64,000 bases of DNA from contig CAIKXV010000296.1 of NCBI GenBank assembly GCA_903831455.1, positions 3,363-67,362 of the forward strand, given 5' to 3'. The stretch is from an uncultured Pseudomonadota bacterium (GTDB lineage Bacteria > Pseudomonadota > Gammaproteobacteria > Burkholderiales > CAIKXV01). Below the pieces are notes generated by a model, which was not told the origin of the DNA, did not search any database, and saw only the letters and a program-made list of their open reading frames with translations. Position 1 is the first letter of the stretch. Each line of letters opens with the position of its first letter. A program made the translations under genes and the position numbers. Below are positions 1-12,108 of this stretch, one piece after another.

Positions 1-1
1 C

Positions 2-3233
<3,232 letters not shown>

Positions 3234-3293
3234 GGCTCGACGGGCAAGGGCGGCCCCGTGGCCCGAGCCCGGGGCCCGGGACTCGCGCAGTCG

Positions 3294-5963
3294 TCAGGCG
3301 GAACGGCGCCGTTTCGCCGGTGCGGCGCGAGGGGGTGCCGCTTCGGCGTCGCCCGCCTCCGGGCGGGCGGCGGCCTTGCCGCGAGGTGCCCGGGGTTCGA
3401 ACTCGAAGCTCACGCGCCCGTCCGCGCCGCGCACCAGGTAGGCGGAGAACGGACGACCCTTCTTCGAGATGAACTTGTGCAGCAGTTCCGTCCGGCCGGT
3501 CGCGAGCAGGCGGGTCATCTGGGCGGGTTCGATTTCCCGCTGCAGGATGATCTTGCCGGAGCGGAAGTCGCAACTGCGCTCGGGGCCGACCGAACGCTCG
3601 CACTGGTACGCGAGGCCGGTGTCGTACACCTGGCTGGCGCACTTCGGGCAGGGCCCCAGCGCGGTCATGCCGGAGAAGTCGACCGGGTCCCCGCCGCCGT
3701 CACCCGAGGACTGCCCGAAGTCGAACTCGATCGAACATTCGTCGTTGAGCTTGATCATCGCGGCGAACGGCCGTCCCAGTCGGCTGCGAAAGCCCTGCAA
3801 CGGTCCGATGCGCCGCGCGATGATCAGTTCCTCGATTTCGGCGGGATCGAACTGGCGCCCGGACAGGATGCGCCAGACCGAGAACTCGCAGGACTGGCAC
3901 TGGAACTTCTTGTAGTTTTCGCGAACAACGCCGCCACACCGCGGACAGGGCGCGTCCAGCGTGACGAAATCGCCCGGGACCGTGTCGCTCTCGTAGCGCT
4001 TGGCGCGCTCGACGAGGTTGCGGGTCATGGTGGCGATCTCTTCCATGAAATCCGGTCGCGCGAGGTGGCCGTGTTCCATCTGGGAGAGCTTGAACTCCCA
4101 TTCGCCGGTGAGTTCCGGCGAACACAGCTCCGCGATGTCCAGGCCCTTGAGCAGCGTGATCAGCGAGAACGCCTTGGGCGTGGGACGCAGGTCGCGGCCT
4201 TCGCGAACGACATACTCTTCGAGGATCAGCTTCTCGATGATGCCCGCGCGGGTGGCCGGCGTGCCCAGGCCGCGTTCCTTCATGGCTTCGCGCAGCTCTT
4301 CATCGTCGACCAGTTTGCCCGCGCCTTCCATGGCCGAGAGCAGCGTGGCTTCATTGAAGCGCGCAGGCGGTCGGGTGGTTTCGGACCGCGCCTCGATCTC
4401 GAGGGTGTCGACCGTCTCGCCCGCGGTGACCGGGACGAGCGACGGCGAGTCCTCGTCGGCGGCCTCCTTGCCGTAGATTGCGAGCCACCCCGGGGACACG
4501 AGCACCTTGCCGTCGGTGCGGAAGGCTTCGCCCTCGACGCGGGTGATGCGGGTGGTGATCAGGTACTCGGCTGCCGGGTGGAAGACCGCCAGGAAGCGCT
4601 TGACGACGAGGTCGTAGACCTTTTCCTCGGCCTCCGAGAGCGCCCGTGGCGCCACCGGCGTGGGAATGATCGCGAAGTGGTCGCTGACTTTCGCGTTGTT
4701 GAAGATGCGCTTGTTCGGCTTGAGCCAGCCCTGTTCGAGCACGCGCTCGGCGAACACCGAGTAACGCGAGGACGACATCGATTCGAGGGTGGTCCTGACC
4801 GTGCCGAGGTAGTCCTCGGGCAGCGCCCGCGAGTCGGTTCGCGGATACGTGAGGACCTTGTGCTTCTCGTAGAGCGCCTGCGCGATCGCGAGCGTGGTCT
4901 TGGCCGAAAAGCCGAACCGACCGTTGGCCTCGCGCTGCAGGCTGGTGAGGTCGTAGAGCAGAGGAGAGAGCTGCGTCGAGGGCTTGCTTTCCTCCTCGAC
5001 GATGCCGGGCTTGCCCTGGCAGCGCGCGACGATGGCCTGCGCCCTGGCGGCGTCCCAGAGACGCTCGGCACGCAGATCGGCATCCGCGGTATCGCCCTGC
5101 CCCTCGGCGGCCTTGTCCTTCGGGCGGACGAACGACTCGTCGAACCAGCGACCGGGGTAGTCGCCCGCGGCGGCGCCGAAACGCGCGTGGATCTCGAAGT
5201 ACTCGCGCGGCTTGAATGCACGGATCTTCTGCTCGCGCTCGACCAGGATGGCGAGCGTGGGTGACTGGACTCGACCGACGGTCGTCTTGTGGAACCCGCC
5301 CGTCTTGGAGTTGAACGCGGTCATCGCCCGCGTGCCGTTGATCCCGACCAGCCAGTCCGCCTCCGAGCGGCAGACGGCCGCGTCGGCCAGCGGCAGGAGA
5401 TCGGTGCCGTCGCGCAGGTGTTCGAAGCCGTCGCGGATGGCGGCCGGCGTCATCGACTGCAGCCACAGGCGGCGGACCGGCTTGTCCACGCCGGTGTGCT
5501 GGAGGATGTAGCGGAAGATGAGTTCGCCCTCGCGGCCCGCGTCGCAGGCGTTGATGAGCGAGGCCACGTCCTTGCGCTTGATGAGCCGCGTGAGCAGGCG
5601 CAGCCGCTCTTCGGACTTCTCGATCGGCCGCAGACCGAAGTGGGGCGGGATCACCGGCAGCTGGGCAAACGACCACTTGCCGCGCTTGACCTCGAACTGG
5701 TCGGGGACGACCAGCTCGAGCAGGTGGCCCACGGCCGAGGACAGCACGTACTGCTCGCTCTCGAAGTAGTCGCCGTGGCGTTCGAATCCGCCGAGCACGC
5801 GGGCGATGTCGTTCGCCACCGAAGGCTTCTCGGCGATGATCAGCGCCTTGCCCTCCGCGGTGGGGGTCGCGGCACTGCGGGCCCGGGCCGGGCGCGACTT
5901 CGCGCTCGCGGTGCGGGTGGTGGCAGTGGTGGAGGTGCGAGTCCGGGTCGAGCGAGTGGCCAC
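3294..5963 (-). CDS. topB: DNA topoisomerase III (type IA) with C-terminal zinc-finger repeats and a basic tail
   Basis: 889-aa ORF. N-terminal TOPRIM LIIAEKPSVANDIA, then GHLLEL, CDAGREGELI and GRVQSPTL blocks as in TopB rather than TopA. Several CxxC...CxxC pairs lie in the C-terminal third. Confidence 0.85.
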   Translation of the reverse strand: MATRSTRTRTSTTATTRTASAKSRPARARSAATPTAEGKALIIAEKPSVANDIARVLGGFERHGDYFESEQYVLSSAVGHLLELVVPDQFEVKRGKWSFAQLPVIPPHFGLRPIEKSEERLRLLTRLIKRKDVASLINACDAGREGELIFRYILQHTGVDKPVRRLWLQSMTPAAIRDGFEHLRDGTDLLPLADAAVCRSEADWLVGINGTRAMTAFNSKTGGFHKTTVGRVQSPTLAILVEREQKIRAFKPREYFEIHARFGAAAGDYPGRWFDESFVRPKDKAAEGQGDTADADLRAERLWDAARAQAIVARCQGKPGIVEEESKPSTQLSPLLYDLTSLQREANGRFGFSAKTTLAIAQALYEKHKVLTYPRTDSRALPEDYLGTVRTTLESMSSSRYSVFAERVLEQGWLKPNKRIFNNAKVSDHFAIIPTPVAPRALSEAEEKVYDLVVKRFLAVFHPAAEYLITTRITRVEGEAFRTDGKVLVSPGWLAIYGKEAADEDSPSLVPVTAGETVDTLEIEARSETTRPPARFNEATLLSAMEGAGKLVDDEELREAMKERGLGTPATRAGIIEKLILEEYVVREGRDLRPTPKAFSLITLLKGLDIAELCSPELTGEWEFKLSQMEHGHLARPDFMEEIATMTRNLVERAKRYESDTVPGDFVTLDAPCPRCGGVVRENYKKFQCQSCEFSVWRILSGRQFDPAEIEELIIARRIGPLQGFRSRLGRPFAAMIKLNDECSIEFDFGQSSGDGGGDPVDFSGMTALGPCPKCASQVYDTGLAYQCERSVGPERSCDFRSGKIILQREIEPAQMTRLLATGRTELLHKFISKKGRPFSAYLVRGADGRVSFEFEPRAPRGKAAARPEAGDAEAAPPRAAPAKRRRSA

Positions 5964-6092
5964 GTGGGTGTGCGTTCAGCTGGGGCTGGCGTCCGTGAAT
6001 GGGGTCAGCCGTAAAAAGGGCCGCCGATCATACGGGCAATCCGGCGACAGCGGAAACCGGCCTGCCGATCGTCCGGCCCGGCCGCATCATTG

Positions 6093-7220
6093 CTACGAAT
6101 CGTCGTCCGACGCAACCATGGCCGGCAATCGCTGGTACTGGCCCGCCGCGGTCCGCGAGACCCATCCCCCGAGTTCGAGTGCGAGAAGCCCTGCGCTGAC
6201 CGCACCGATGTCCCACCGCAGGTGCTCGGCGATCAGCTCCGCTGGCGCGGGTGCAAGGGGGACGGCTTCGAGCAGGGGCGCGAGGGCCTCGGGCACGTCG
6301 GGCAGGCGATCGGGGGCGGGCACCGGTCGGGAGACGATGGCGCGGGGCCAGCGCAGTTCCTCGAGGATATCCTCCACGCATTCGGTGAGACGCGCACCCT
6401 GGCGGATGAGCGCATGGCAGCCGCGGGACATCGGCGAGTGGATCGAGCCGGGGATCGCGAAGACTTCCCGGCCCTGCTCGGCGGCCAGGCGCGCGGTGAT
6501 CAGCGAACCGCTGCGCGGAGCCGCCTCGACCACGAGGCAGCCCACCGACAGGCCACTGAGGATGCGGTTGCGTCGCGGGAAGTGGTCGGACCGGGCCGGC
6601 GTCCCGAGAGGGAACTCGGACACCAGTGCACCGTGGGCCGCGATGCGATGGGCGAGATCGCGATGCCCGGCGGGGTAGACGCGATCGAGGCCGGTGCCCA
6701 CGACGGCGACCGTGCCGCCCTCGCCCGAGGCCAGTGCGCCCTCGTGGGCACAGGCGTCGATGCCCAGCGCGAGGCCGCTGACGATCGTGAGGCCCGCGCA
6801 GGAGAGCGCATTCGAGAAGGTTCGCGCGGTGTGCTCGCCCAGCACCGTGGGATTGCGGCTGCCGACGATGGCGAGCATCGGGCGGGCGAGTCGCGCGGGG
6901 TCGCCGTTGACGTGCAGCAGTGGAGGCGGGTCGGGGATCTCGCGCAGCAGTGCCGGGTAGCGAGGATCGTCGAGCGACACCAGGTGATGGTCGGCGGCGT
7001 CCAGCCAGTGGAGGGTAGCCAGGACGCGCGGGTCTTCGCCAGCGCGGGCAAAGGCGGCCGGCACATCGACGCCGAGGGCGCGCGCGGTGCCCGAGGCGGC
7101 CCGGGCCGTCCAGCCGGCCTCGGGCGGCGCGCAGGCGACCAGCGCGCGCAGGTGACGGTCGGTCAGACCGGGCGCGAAACGCGCGATCAGCCAGTCTCGG
7201 TCTTGGGGACCGACGGGCAT
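6093..7220 (-). CDS. dprA: DNA-processing protein DprA/Smf
   Basis: 375-aa ORF with GLALGIDACAHEGAL and GTGLDRVYPAGHRDL motifs. Sits in the classical dprA / LysM / def-fmt neighbourhood. Confidence 0.9.
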   Translation of the reverse strand: MPVGPQDRDWLIARFAPGLTDRHLRALVACAPPEAGWTARAASGTARALGVDVPAAFARAGEDPRVLATLHWLDAADHHLVSLDDPRYPALLREIPDPPPLLHVNGDPARLARPMLAIVGSRNPTVLGEHTARTFSNALSCAGLTIVSGLALGIDACAHEGALASGEGGTVAVVGTGLDRVYPAGHRDLAHRIAAHGALVSEFPLGTPARSDHFPRRNRILSGLSVGCLVVEAAPRSGSLITARLAAEQGREVFAIPGSIHSPMSRGCHALIRQGARLTECVEDILEELRWPRAIVSRPVPAPDRLPDVPEALAPLLEAVPLAPAPAELIAEHLRWDIGAVSAGLLALELGGWVSRTAAGQYQRLPAMVASDDDS

Positions 7221-7300
7221 CGGGGATCTCCGGGGACGGCGTCCGCGCGGCGCCGCGGCCCCGGGATGCGGGCCTGGCGGACCCGCGGGAAAGGGTCAGG

Positions 7301-8566
7301 TCAGGGGTTTCGGACCCGGTCGTTCACGTACACCGGGCGCGTGGTGTCCATGATGATCGCGTAGCTCACCCGGTCGAACGTTCGAAACACCATCAGCATG
7401 CCGTAACGTTCCTCGGGTCCCTCGCCGGGCTTCGCGGAAGCCTGGCGCGGCCTCACGTCCGGTCCCGATCCACCGTACGGGCGGTCGGATCCGGTCGGTC
7501 CTACCCGCCCCCACAGCGCCTGTCCGCGGGGGTTGGCCATGTCGAACTCTTCCCGCGGATGGCGCTGGATGTCCCACGCCGCGTCGGAACCGGTGGGTCC
7601 GACCCGTCCCCAGAGCGTCTGCGGACGGCTGTTGGTTCGGTCGGCCAGCGGGTTTCGGAACAGGGCGAGCACATGGCCGACCTCGAGCCCGTCGCGCGCC
7701 CCCCGATTGAGGGTGACCACGTCGTACTGGGCAACCTCGACCACGTTTGCCCGTCCGTAGACGCCGAGCACCCGTCCGCCGATCGACTTGCCCGGTGGGC
7801 GGGGCAGGTATTCCGGGTAGCGCGTGGGCGGGGCGGCGATCAGGCGGTCGCCGACGACGATTTCCTGGGTCGAGCGAACGATCTCCACCGTGGACACGTC
7901 GCCCCGGCGTACGAGCCGCGCATCGCCCAGGTGCAGCGCCTCGAGGCCGAGCGCCTCGCCGGACTCCGGATCGCGCAGCACGCCGGCCGGCCGGAAGATC
8001 TGGAAGTCGCGGCCCATGGTCTCGGAGATGCCGCGGACGTAGGCGATGTTCCCCGAGCCGATGACGACGCGGTTCTCCTGCGTCTCGATGATGCTGGCGG
8101 CCGACTCGACCTGCGCGGGTTCGACGATGAACGGCTTGACCAGGAAAGGCTCGATGCGATGCGGAGGAATGGCCGGGATCGCGGTCGGTCCGATCGTCTG
8201 GACACGGGCCGACGGACTCAGCTTGACCGTGCGATCGGCCTCGACGACGCGAGCGGCCGGTTCACCCGCCGCCGCCTTGCGGTTGAGCACGATCACGTCG
8301 CCCGGGAAGATGCGATCGGGGTTGGCGACCTGGTCCTTGTTCGAGGACCAGAGTTCGTTCCAGCGCCAGGGGTCCTTGAGGAATCGCGCGGAGATGGACC
8401 AGAGCGTGTCGCCCGGAACCACGACGTAGCGATCCGGGGCGTCCGGACGCAGTTCGGGTGCAGCGGCCGCCGGTGCCGGCTGCGATTGCGCGAACGCCCG
8501 GGGCGGCGCGGCCGACAGCAGGGCGAGCGAGAGGGCGAGCGTTATAATCCAGCACGAGCGCATCAT
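7301..8566 (-). CDS. LysM peptidoglycan-binding domain protein (secreted)
   Basis: 421-aa ORF with an N-terminal signal peptide (LALSLALLSAAPPRAFA). LysM block YVVVPGDTLWSISARFLKDPWRWNELW...IFPGDVIVL. Confidence 0.8.
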   Translation of the reverse strand: MMRSCWIITLALSLALLSAAPPRAFAQSQPAPAAAAPELRPDAPDRYVVVPGDTLWSISARFLKDPWRWNELWSSNKDQVANPDRIFPGDVIVLNRKAAAGEPAARVVEADRTVKLSPSARVQTIGPTAIPAIPPHRIEPFLVKPFIVEPAQVESAASIIETQENRVVIGSGNIAYVRGISETMGRDFQIFRPAGVLRDPESGEALGLEALHLGDARLVRRGDVSTVEIVRSTQEIVVGDRLIAAPPTRYPEYLPRPPGKSIGGRVLGVYGRANVVEVAQYDVVTLNRGARDGLEVGHVLALFRNPLADRTNSRPQTLWGRVGPTGSDAAWDIQRHPREEFDMANPRGQALWGRVGPTGSDRPYGGSGPDVRPRQASAKPGEGPEERYGMLMVFRTFDRVSYAIIMDTTRPVYVNDRVRNP

Positions 8567-8717
8567 GGATTCTCCGACACCGGCAACCCGCGAGTCGTGT
8601 TCGCGGTGGGCTTGGTCCGGGCAGCGCGGACGATCGCCGCACTGCGGAGGTCAGCGACCCCGAAGTTGAACTTTCGCATTAGAGTCTGCGGGTAACGTAC
8701 CAGATTAGCAAGGCATT

Positions 8718-9221
8718 ATGGCTCAGCTACCGATCCTCCACTACCCCGATCCCCGGCTCGAGACGGTGGCCCAGCCGATCCTCTCCGTCGACGACGAGGT
8801 CAGGCGGCTGGCAGCTGACATGGCCGAGACCATGTACGAGGCGCCCGGGATCGGGCTGGCGGCCACGCAGGTCGACGTGCACCGGCAGCTGATCGTGATC
8901 GACGTGTCGGAGTCCCGCGACCAGCTGCTCACGTTCATCAACCCGAAGATCGTGGCGGCCTCCGAGGAGATCGCCAGCTACGAGGAAGGTTGCCTGTCGG
9001 TGCCGGGCATCTTCGACGAGGTCGAGCGGCCGGCGCGGGTGACGGTCGAGGCCCTGGGCCTCGACGGGAAGCCGTTCACGCTGGAGGCCGATGGCCTGCT
9101 GGCGGTCTGCATCCAGCACGAGATGGATCATCTCCGCGGGGTCGTGTTCGTGGAGCACCTGTCCCGACTGAAGCGGACCCGCATACTCGCGAAGTTGCGC
9201 AAGCAGCAGCGCGCGATGTGA
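8718..9221 (+). CDS. def: peptide deformylase
   Basis: 167-aa ORF with the three PDF motifs: [22 protein letters not shown]. Confidence 0.97.
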   Translation: MAQLPILHYPDPRLETVAQPILSVDDEVRRLAADMAETMYEAPGIGLAATQVDVHRQLIVIDVSESRDQLLTFINPKIVAASEEIASYEEGCLSVPGIFDEVERPARVTVEALGLDGKPFTLEADGLLAVCIQHEMDHLRGVVFVEHLSRLKRTRILAKLRKQQRAM

Positions 9222-9271
9222 GGCGCCGCGCCGCCGCCGCGGCGCAACGATCGGGGAGCGGGCGGGGCACG

Positions 9272-10228
9272 ATGCGACTGGTGTTTGCCGGAACGCCGGA
9301 ATTTGCGGCAGTGGCGCTGTCGGCCGCGCACGGGGCCGGGCATGACATTGTCCTTGTCCTGACTCAACCTGATCGACCGGCTGGCCGCGGGATGAAGCTG
9401 CAGCCTTCTTCGGTCAAACAGTGGGCGCTCGCTCACAACCTGCGCGTCGCCCAGCCGCCGTCCTTGCGCGGCGAGGCGGCGGACGTGCTGCGCGAGGTCG
9501 GACCGATCGACGCGATGGTGGTGGTGGCCTACGGCCTGCTGCTGCCGCCCGAGGTGCTGGCCCTGCCCAGGCTGGGCTGCGTGAACGTGCATGCCTCCCT
9601 GTTGCCGCGGTGGCGGGGCGCGGCGCCGATCCAGCGCGCCGTGCTCGCCGGCGACGCGGCGACGGGCGTGGCCGTCATGCAGATGGAGGCCGGCCTGGAC
9701 ACCGGTCCGGTGTGGGCGGAACGGGAGACGCCGATCGGCGCGCGCGAGACGGCGGGGGAACTGCACGACCGACTGGCGGCGCTGGGCGCGGACTTGCTGG
9801 TCGAGGTGCTCGATCGACTCGACCGCGGCATCGGTGCGGGAGCGCCGGTCGCCCAGCCCGCCGAGGGCGTGACCTACGCGCACAAGATCGGGAAGGCGGA
9901 GGCGCTGCTGGACTTCTGCGGGTCGGCAGTCGACCTCGATCGCAGGGTCCGGGCGTTCAATCCGGCCCCCGGTGCCAGCAGCGAGTTCCGGGGTGAGCGG
10001 CTCAAGGTCTGGCGCGTCGAGCCTGACGCAGCCGCCGAGCCCGGTGCCGACCCCGGGACGGTGCTGGCGAGCGACCCGGAGCGCGGCGTGCGCGTCGCCT
10101 GCGGCCACGGCAGCCTGTGGCTGCAGGAAGTGCAGCGCGCCGGCGCCCGGCGGCAACCCGCCGAGGGCCTGGTCCGCTCCGGATGGCTGCGCGCCGGAGA
10201 CCGGCTGGCGAGCGCCCCGCATGCGTGA
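9272..10228 (+). CDS. fmt: methionyl-tRNA formyltransferase
   Basis: Internal ATG at 9272 of track ORF 8990..10228 gives MRLVFAGTPEFAA..., plus the SLLPRWRGAAPIQ motif. The upstream 94 codons of the ORF are Arg/Gly-rich noise. Confidence 0.93.
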   Translation: MRLVFAGTPEFAAVALSAAHGAGHDIVLVLTQPDRPAGRGMKLQPSSVKQWALAHNLRVAQPPSLRGEAADVLREVGPIDAMVVVAYGLLLPPEVLALPRLGCVNVHASLLPRWRGAAPIQRAVLAGDAATGVAVMQMEAGLDTGPVWAERETPIGARETAGELHDRLAALGADLLVEVLDRLDRGIGAGAPVAQPAEGVTYAHKIGKAEALLDFCGSAVDLDRRVRAFNPAPGASSEFRGERLKVWRVEPDAAAEPGADPGTVLASDPERGVRVACGHGSLWLQEVQRAGARRQPAEGLVRSGWLRAGDRLASAPHA

Positions 10229-11540
10229 GGTGCAGGCGCGAGCGGCGACGGTCGTCGCGGCCGTGCTGGCCGGTCGCAGCCTGTCCGCCGAGCTGGCCCG
10301 CGCGCTGGGCGCCCGCCCCGCGCTGGATGCGGGCAGTCGGGGACAGTTGCAGGATCTCTGTTACGGGACCTTGCGCCATCTGGGTGCACTGCGGGCCCAG
10401 CGGGACCTGCTGCTCGAGCGACCCGTGACCGAACCGCGCCTGGCCGCGCTGCTGGTCGTCGCGCTCTACCAGTTGCTGCACACCCGCGGCGCGCCGCATG
10501 CCGTGGTCGATGGGGCGGTCGACGCGGCCGCGCGGGTGGGCGCGGCGCGGGCTCGCGGGCTGGTCAACGCCGTGCTGCGCAACGCCCAGCGCCGCCGGGC
10601 CGAGCTGGACGAGGCCGCGCGCGCCACCGACGAGGCCCGCTACTCGCTGCCGCGCTGGTGGATCGATCGCCTGCGCGCCGACTGGCCCGAGGACTGGACA
10701 TCGATCCTCGAAGCCTCCGCCGGCCATCCGCTGTTCTCGGTCCGGGTGAATCCGGCGGACCTCTCCCGCGACGCATTCATCGAGCGCTGCCGCGAACAGG
10801 GCATGGCGGCCACGGGGCTGCCGATGCCCGATGCCGTCCGACTCGACAAGGCGGTCCCGGTCGAACGGTTGCCGGGTTTCGCCGAGGGCTGCTGCAGCGT
10901 GCAGGATGCCGGCGCGCAACTGGCCGCCGCGCTCCTGGACGTGCGGGACGGCGAGCGCGTGCTCGATGCCTGCGCCGCGCCTGGCGGAAAGGCGCTGCAC
11001 CTGCTGCAGCGCGCGCGCGTCGAGCTCACCGCGATCGATGTCGATGCCGCCCGCCTCGACCGCGTGGAACAGAATTTCCACCGTGCCCGCGTCGCGGCAC
11101 GGTTGGTCGCGGCCGACGCCGCCGACCTCGGCGCGTGGTGGGACGGTCGCCCGTTCGATGCCATCCTGCTCGACGCGCCGTGTTCGGGATCGGGCGTGCT
11201 CAGGCGCCATCCGGACATCCGCTGGTTGCGCCGGCCGGGCGACCTGCCGACACTCGCCCGCCGCCAGCGGCAGCTGCTCGAGGCGCTGTGGGGCACGCTC
11301 GCTCGCGGCGGGCGCCTGCTGTACTGCACCTGTTCGGTGTTCGCGATCGAGAACGACGGGGTCGTCGCCGGTTTTCTCGCCGACCACGACGATGCCTGTC
11401 GGGTATGCTGCGCCGGGCACGCGGCCGCGCTGCGTGCTCGCGGCGAAACCCGCCTGCGCGTGAACGCCGGGGGTTCGCTCGATCTGCTGCCTGGCGACGA
11501 CCACGATGGCTTCCATTACGCGCTCCTGTCGAAGCGATGA
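10221..11540 (+). CDS. rsmB: 16S rRNA (cytosine967-C5)-methyltransferase
   Basis: ATG at 10221 overlaps the fmt stop by 8 nt. NusB-like N-terminus, SAM-binding VLDACAAPGGK, catalytic DAPCSG and YCTCS motifs. Confidence 0.9.
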   Translation: MREVQARAATVVAAVLAGRSLSAELARALGARPALDAGSRGQLQDLCYGTLRHLGALRAQRDLLLERPVTEPRLAALLVVALYQLLHTRGAPHAVVDGAVDAAARVGAARARGLVNAVLRNAQRRRAELDEAARATDEARYSLPRWWIDRLRADWPEDWTSILEASAGHPLFSVRVNPADLSRDAFIERCREQGMAATGLPMPDAVRLDKAVPVERLPGFAEGCCSVQDAGAQLAAALLDVRDGERVLDACAAPGGKALHLLQRARVELTAIDVDAARLDRVEQNFHRARVAARLVAADAADLGAWWDGRPFDAILLDAPCSGSGVLRRHPDIRWLRRPGDLPTLARRQRQLLEALWGTLARGGRLLYCTCSVFAIENDGVVAGFLADHDDACRVCCAGHAAALRARGETRLRVNAGGSLDLLPGDDHDGFHYALLSKR

Positions 11541-12108
11541 CCGCCGCAGCGGCGCGCAGGCGCCGCTGCTGCTCGTGCTCGCCTTCGCCCTCGCGATGCT
11601 GCTGCTGCCGCAGCCTGCGCGGGCGGATACCCTGGTCGCGCGCGGCGCGTCGCTCGCGCCTGGCGAGGAGGCGTGGCTGCTGTCGGCGGATTTCGATGTC
11701 GCGCTGCCGGCGGCCGTCGAGGACGCGCTGTCGAAGGGCGTGAGCCTGTTCTTCGTGCTCGAACTCGAAGTGACCCGGTCGCGCTGGTACTGGTTCGACC
11801 AGCGGGCGGGCAGCGCGACGCAGACCTACCGGCTCGCCTACAACACGCTGACCCGCCAGTACCGGCTGTCGACCGGGCCGCTGTTCCAGACCTTCACCAG
11901 CCTGGAGGAGGCCCTGGCCATGATGGGACGGGTCCGTCGTCGCCCGATGCTGCCCGCCAACGCGCTCGCGCGCGGCTCGAGCTACCAGGCCGCGGTACGC
12001 ATGCGGCTGGACATCTCGCAACTGCCGCGTCCGTTCCAGGCCAGTCCGTTCGCCGCGCGCGAGTGGGCCGTCGGTTCGGACTGGTACCGCTTCACCGTCA
12101 CGCCATGA
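11506..12108 (+). CDS. DUF4390-family periplasmic protein
   Basis: 200-aa ORF with a signal peptide. The block FFVLELEVTRSRWYWFDQ...YRLAYNTLTRQYRL matches the conserved gene found between rsmB and ntrY in Betaproteobacteria. Confidence 0.75.
   Translation: MASITRSCRSDDRRSGAQAPLLLVLAFALAMLLLPQPARADTLVARGASLAPGEEAWLLSADFDVALPAAVEDALSKGVSLFFVLELEVTRSRWYWFDQRAGSATQTYRLAYNTLTRQYRLSTGPLFQTFTSLEEALAMMGRVRRRPMLPANALARGSSYQAAVRMRLDISQLPRPFQASPFAAREWAVGSDWYRFTVTP

Noticed and set aside
8567-8717. Possible sigma70 promoter (TTGAAC at 8666..8671) in the AT-richer LysM/def divergent region. Also a TAGAAT -10-like hexamer at 32790..32795 upstream of purE.
   Set aside because: I could not pair either hexamer with a convincing partner element at 16-18 nt spacing. 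This is too weak to annotate as a feature.
8990-9271. Long N-terminal extensions of track ORFs (fmt 8990, rsmB 9972, ntrY 11673, tkt 14621, gap 17983, pyk 19510, fba 20076, bchN 44274, bchH 47408, puhB 55265, puhC 55495 and others).
   Set aside because: The extensions overlap the preceding gene in another frame and translate to Arg/Pro-rich noise. Internal ATG or GTG starts with an RBS or a stop-codon overlap give N-termini that match the family.
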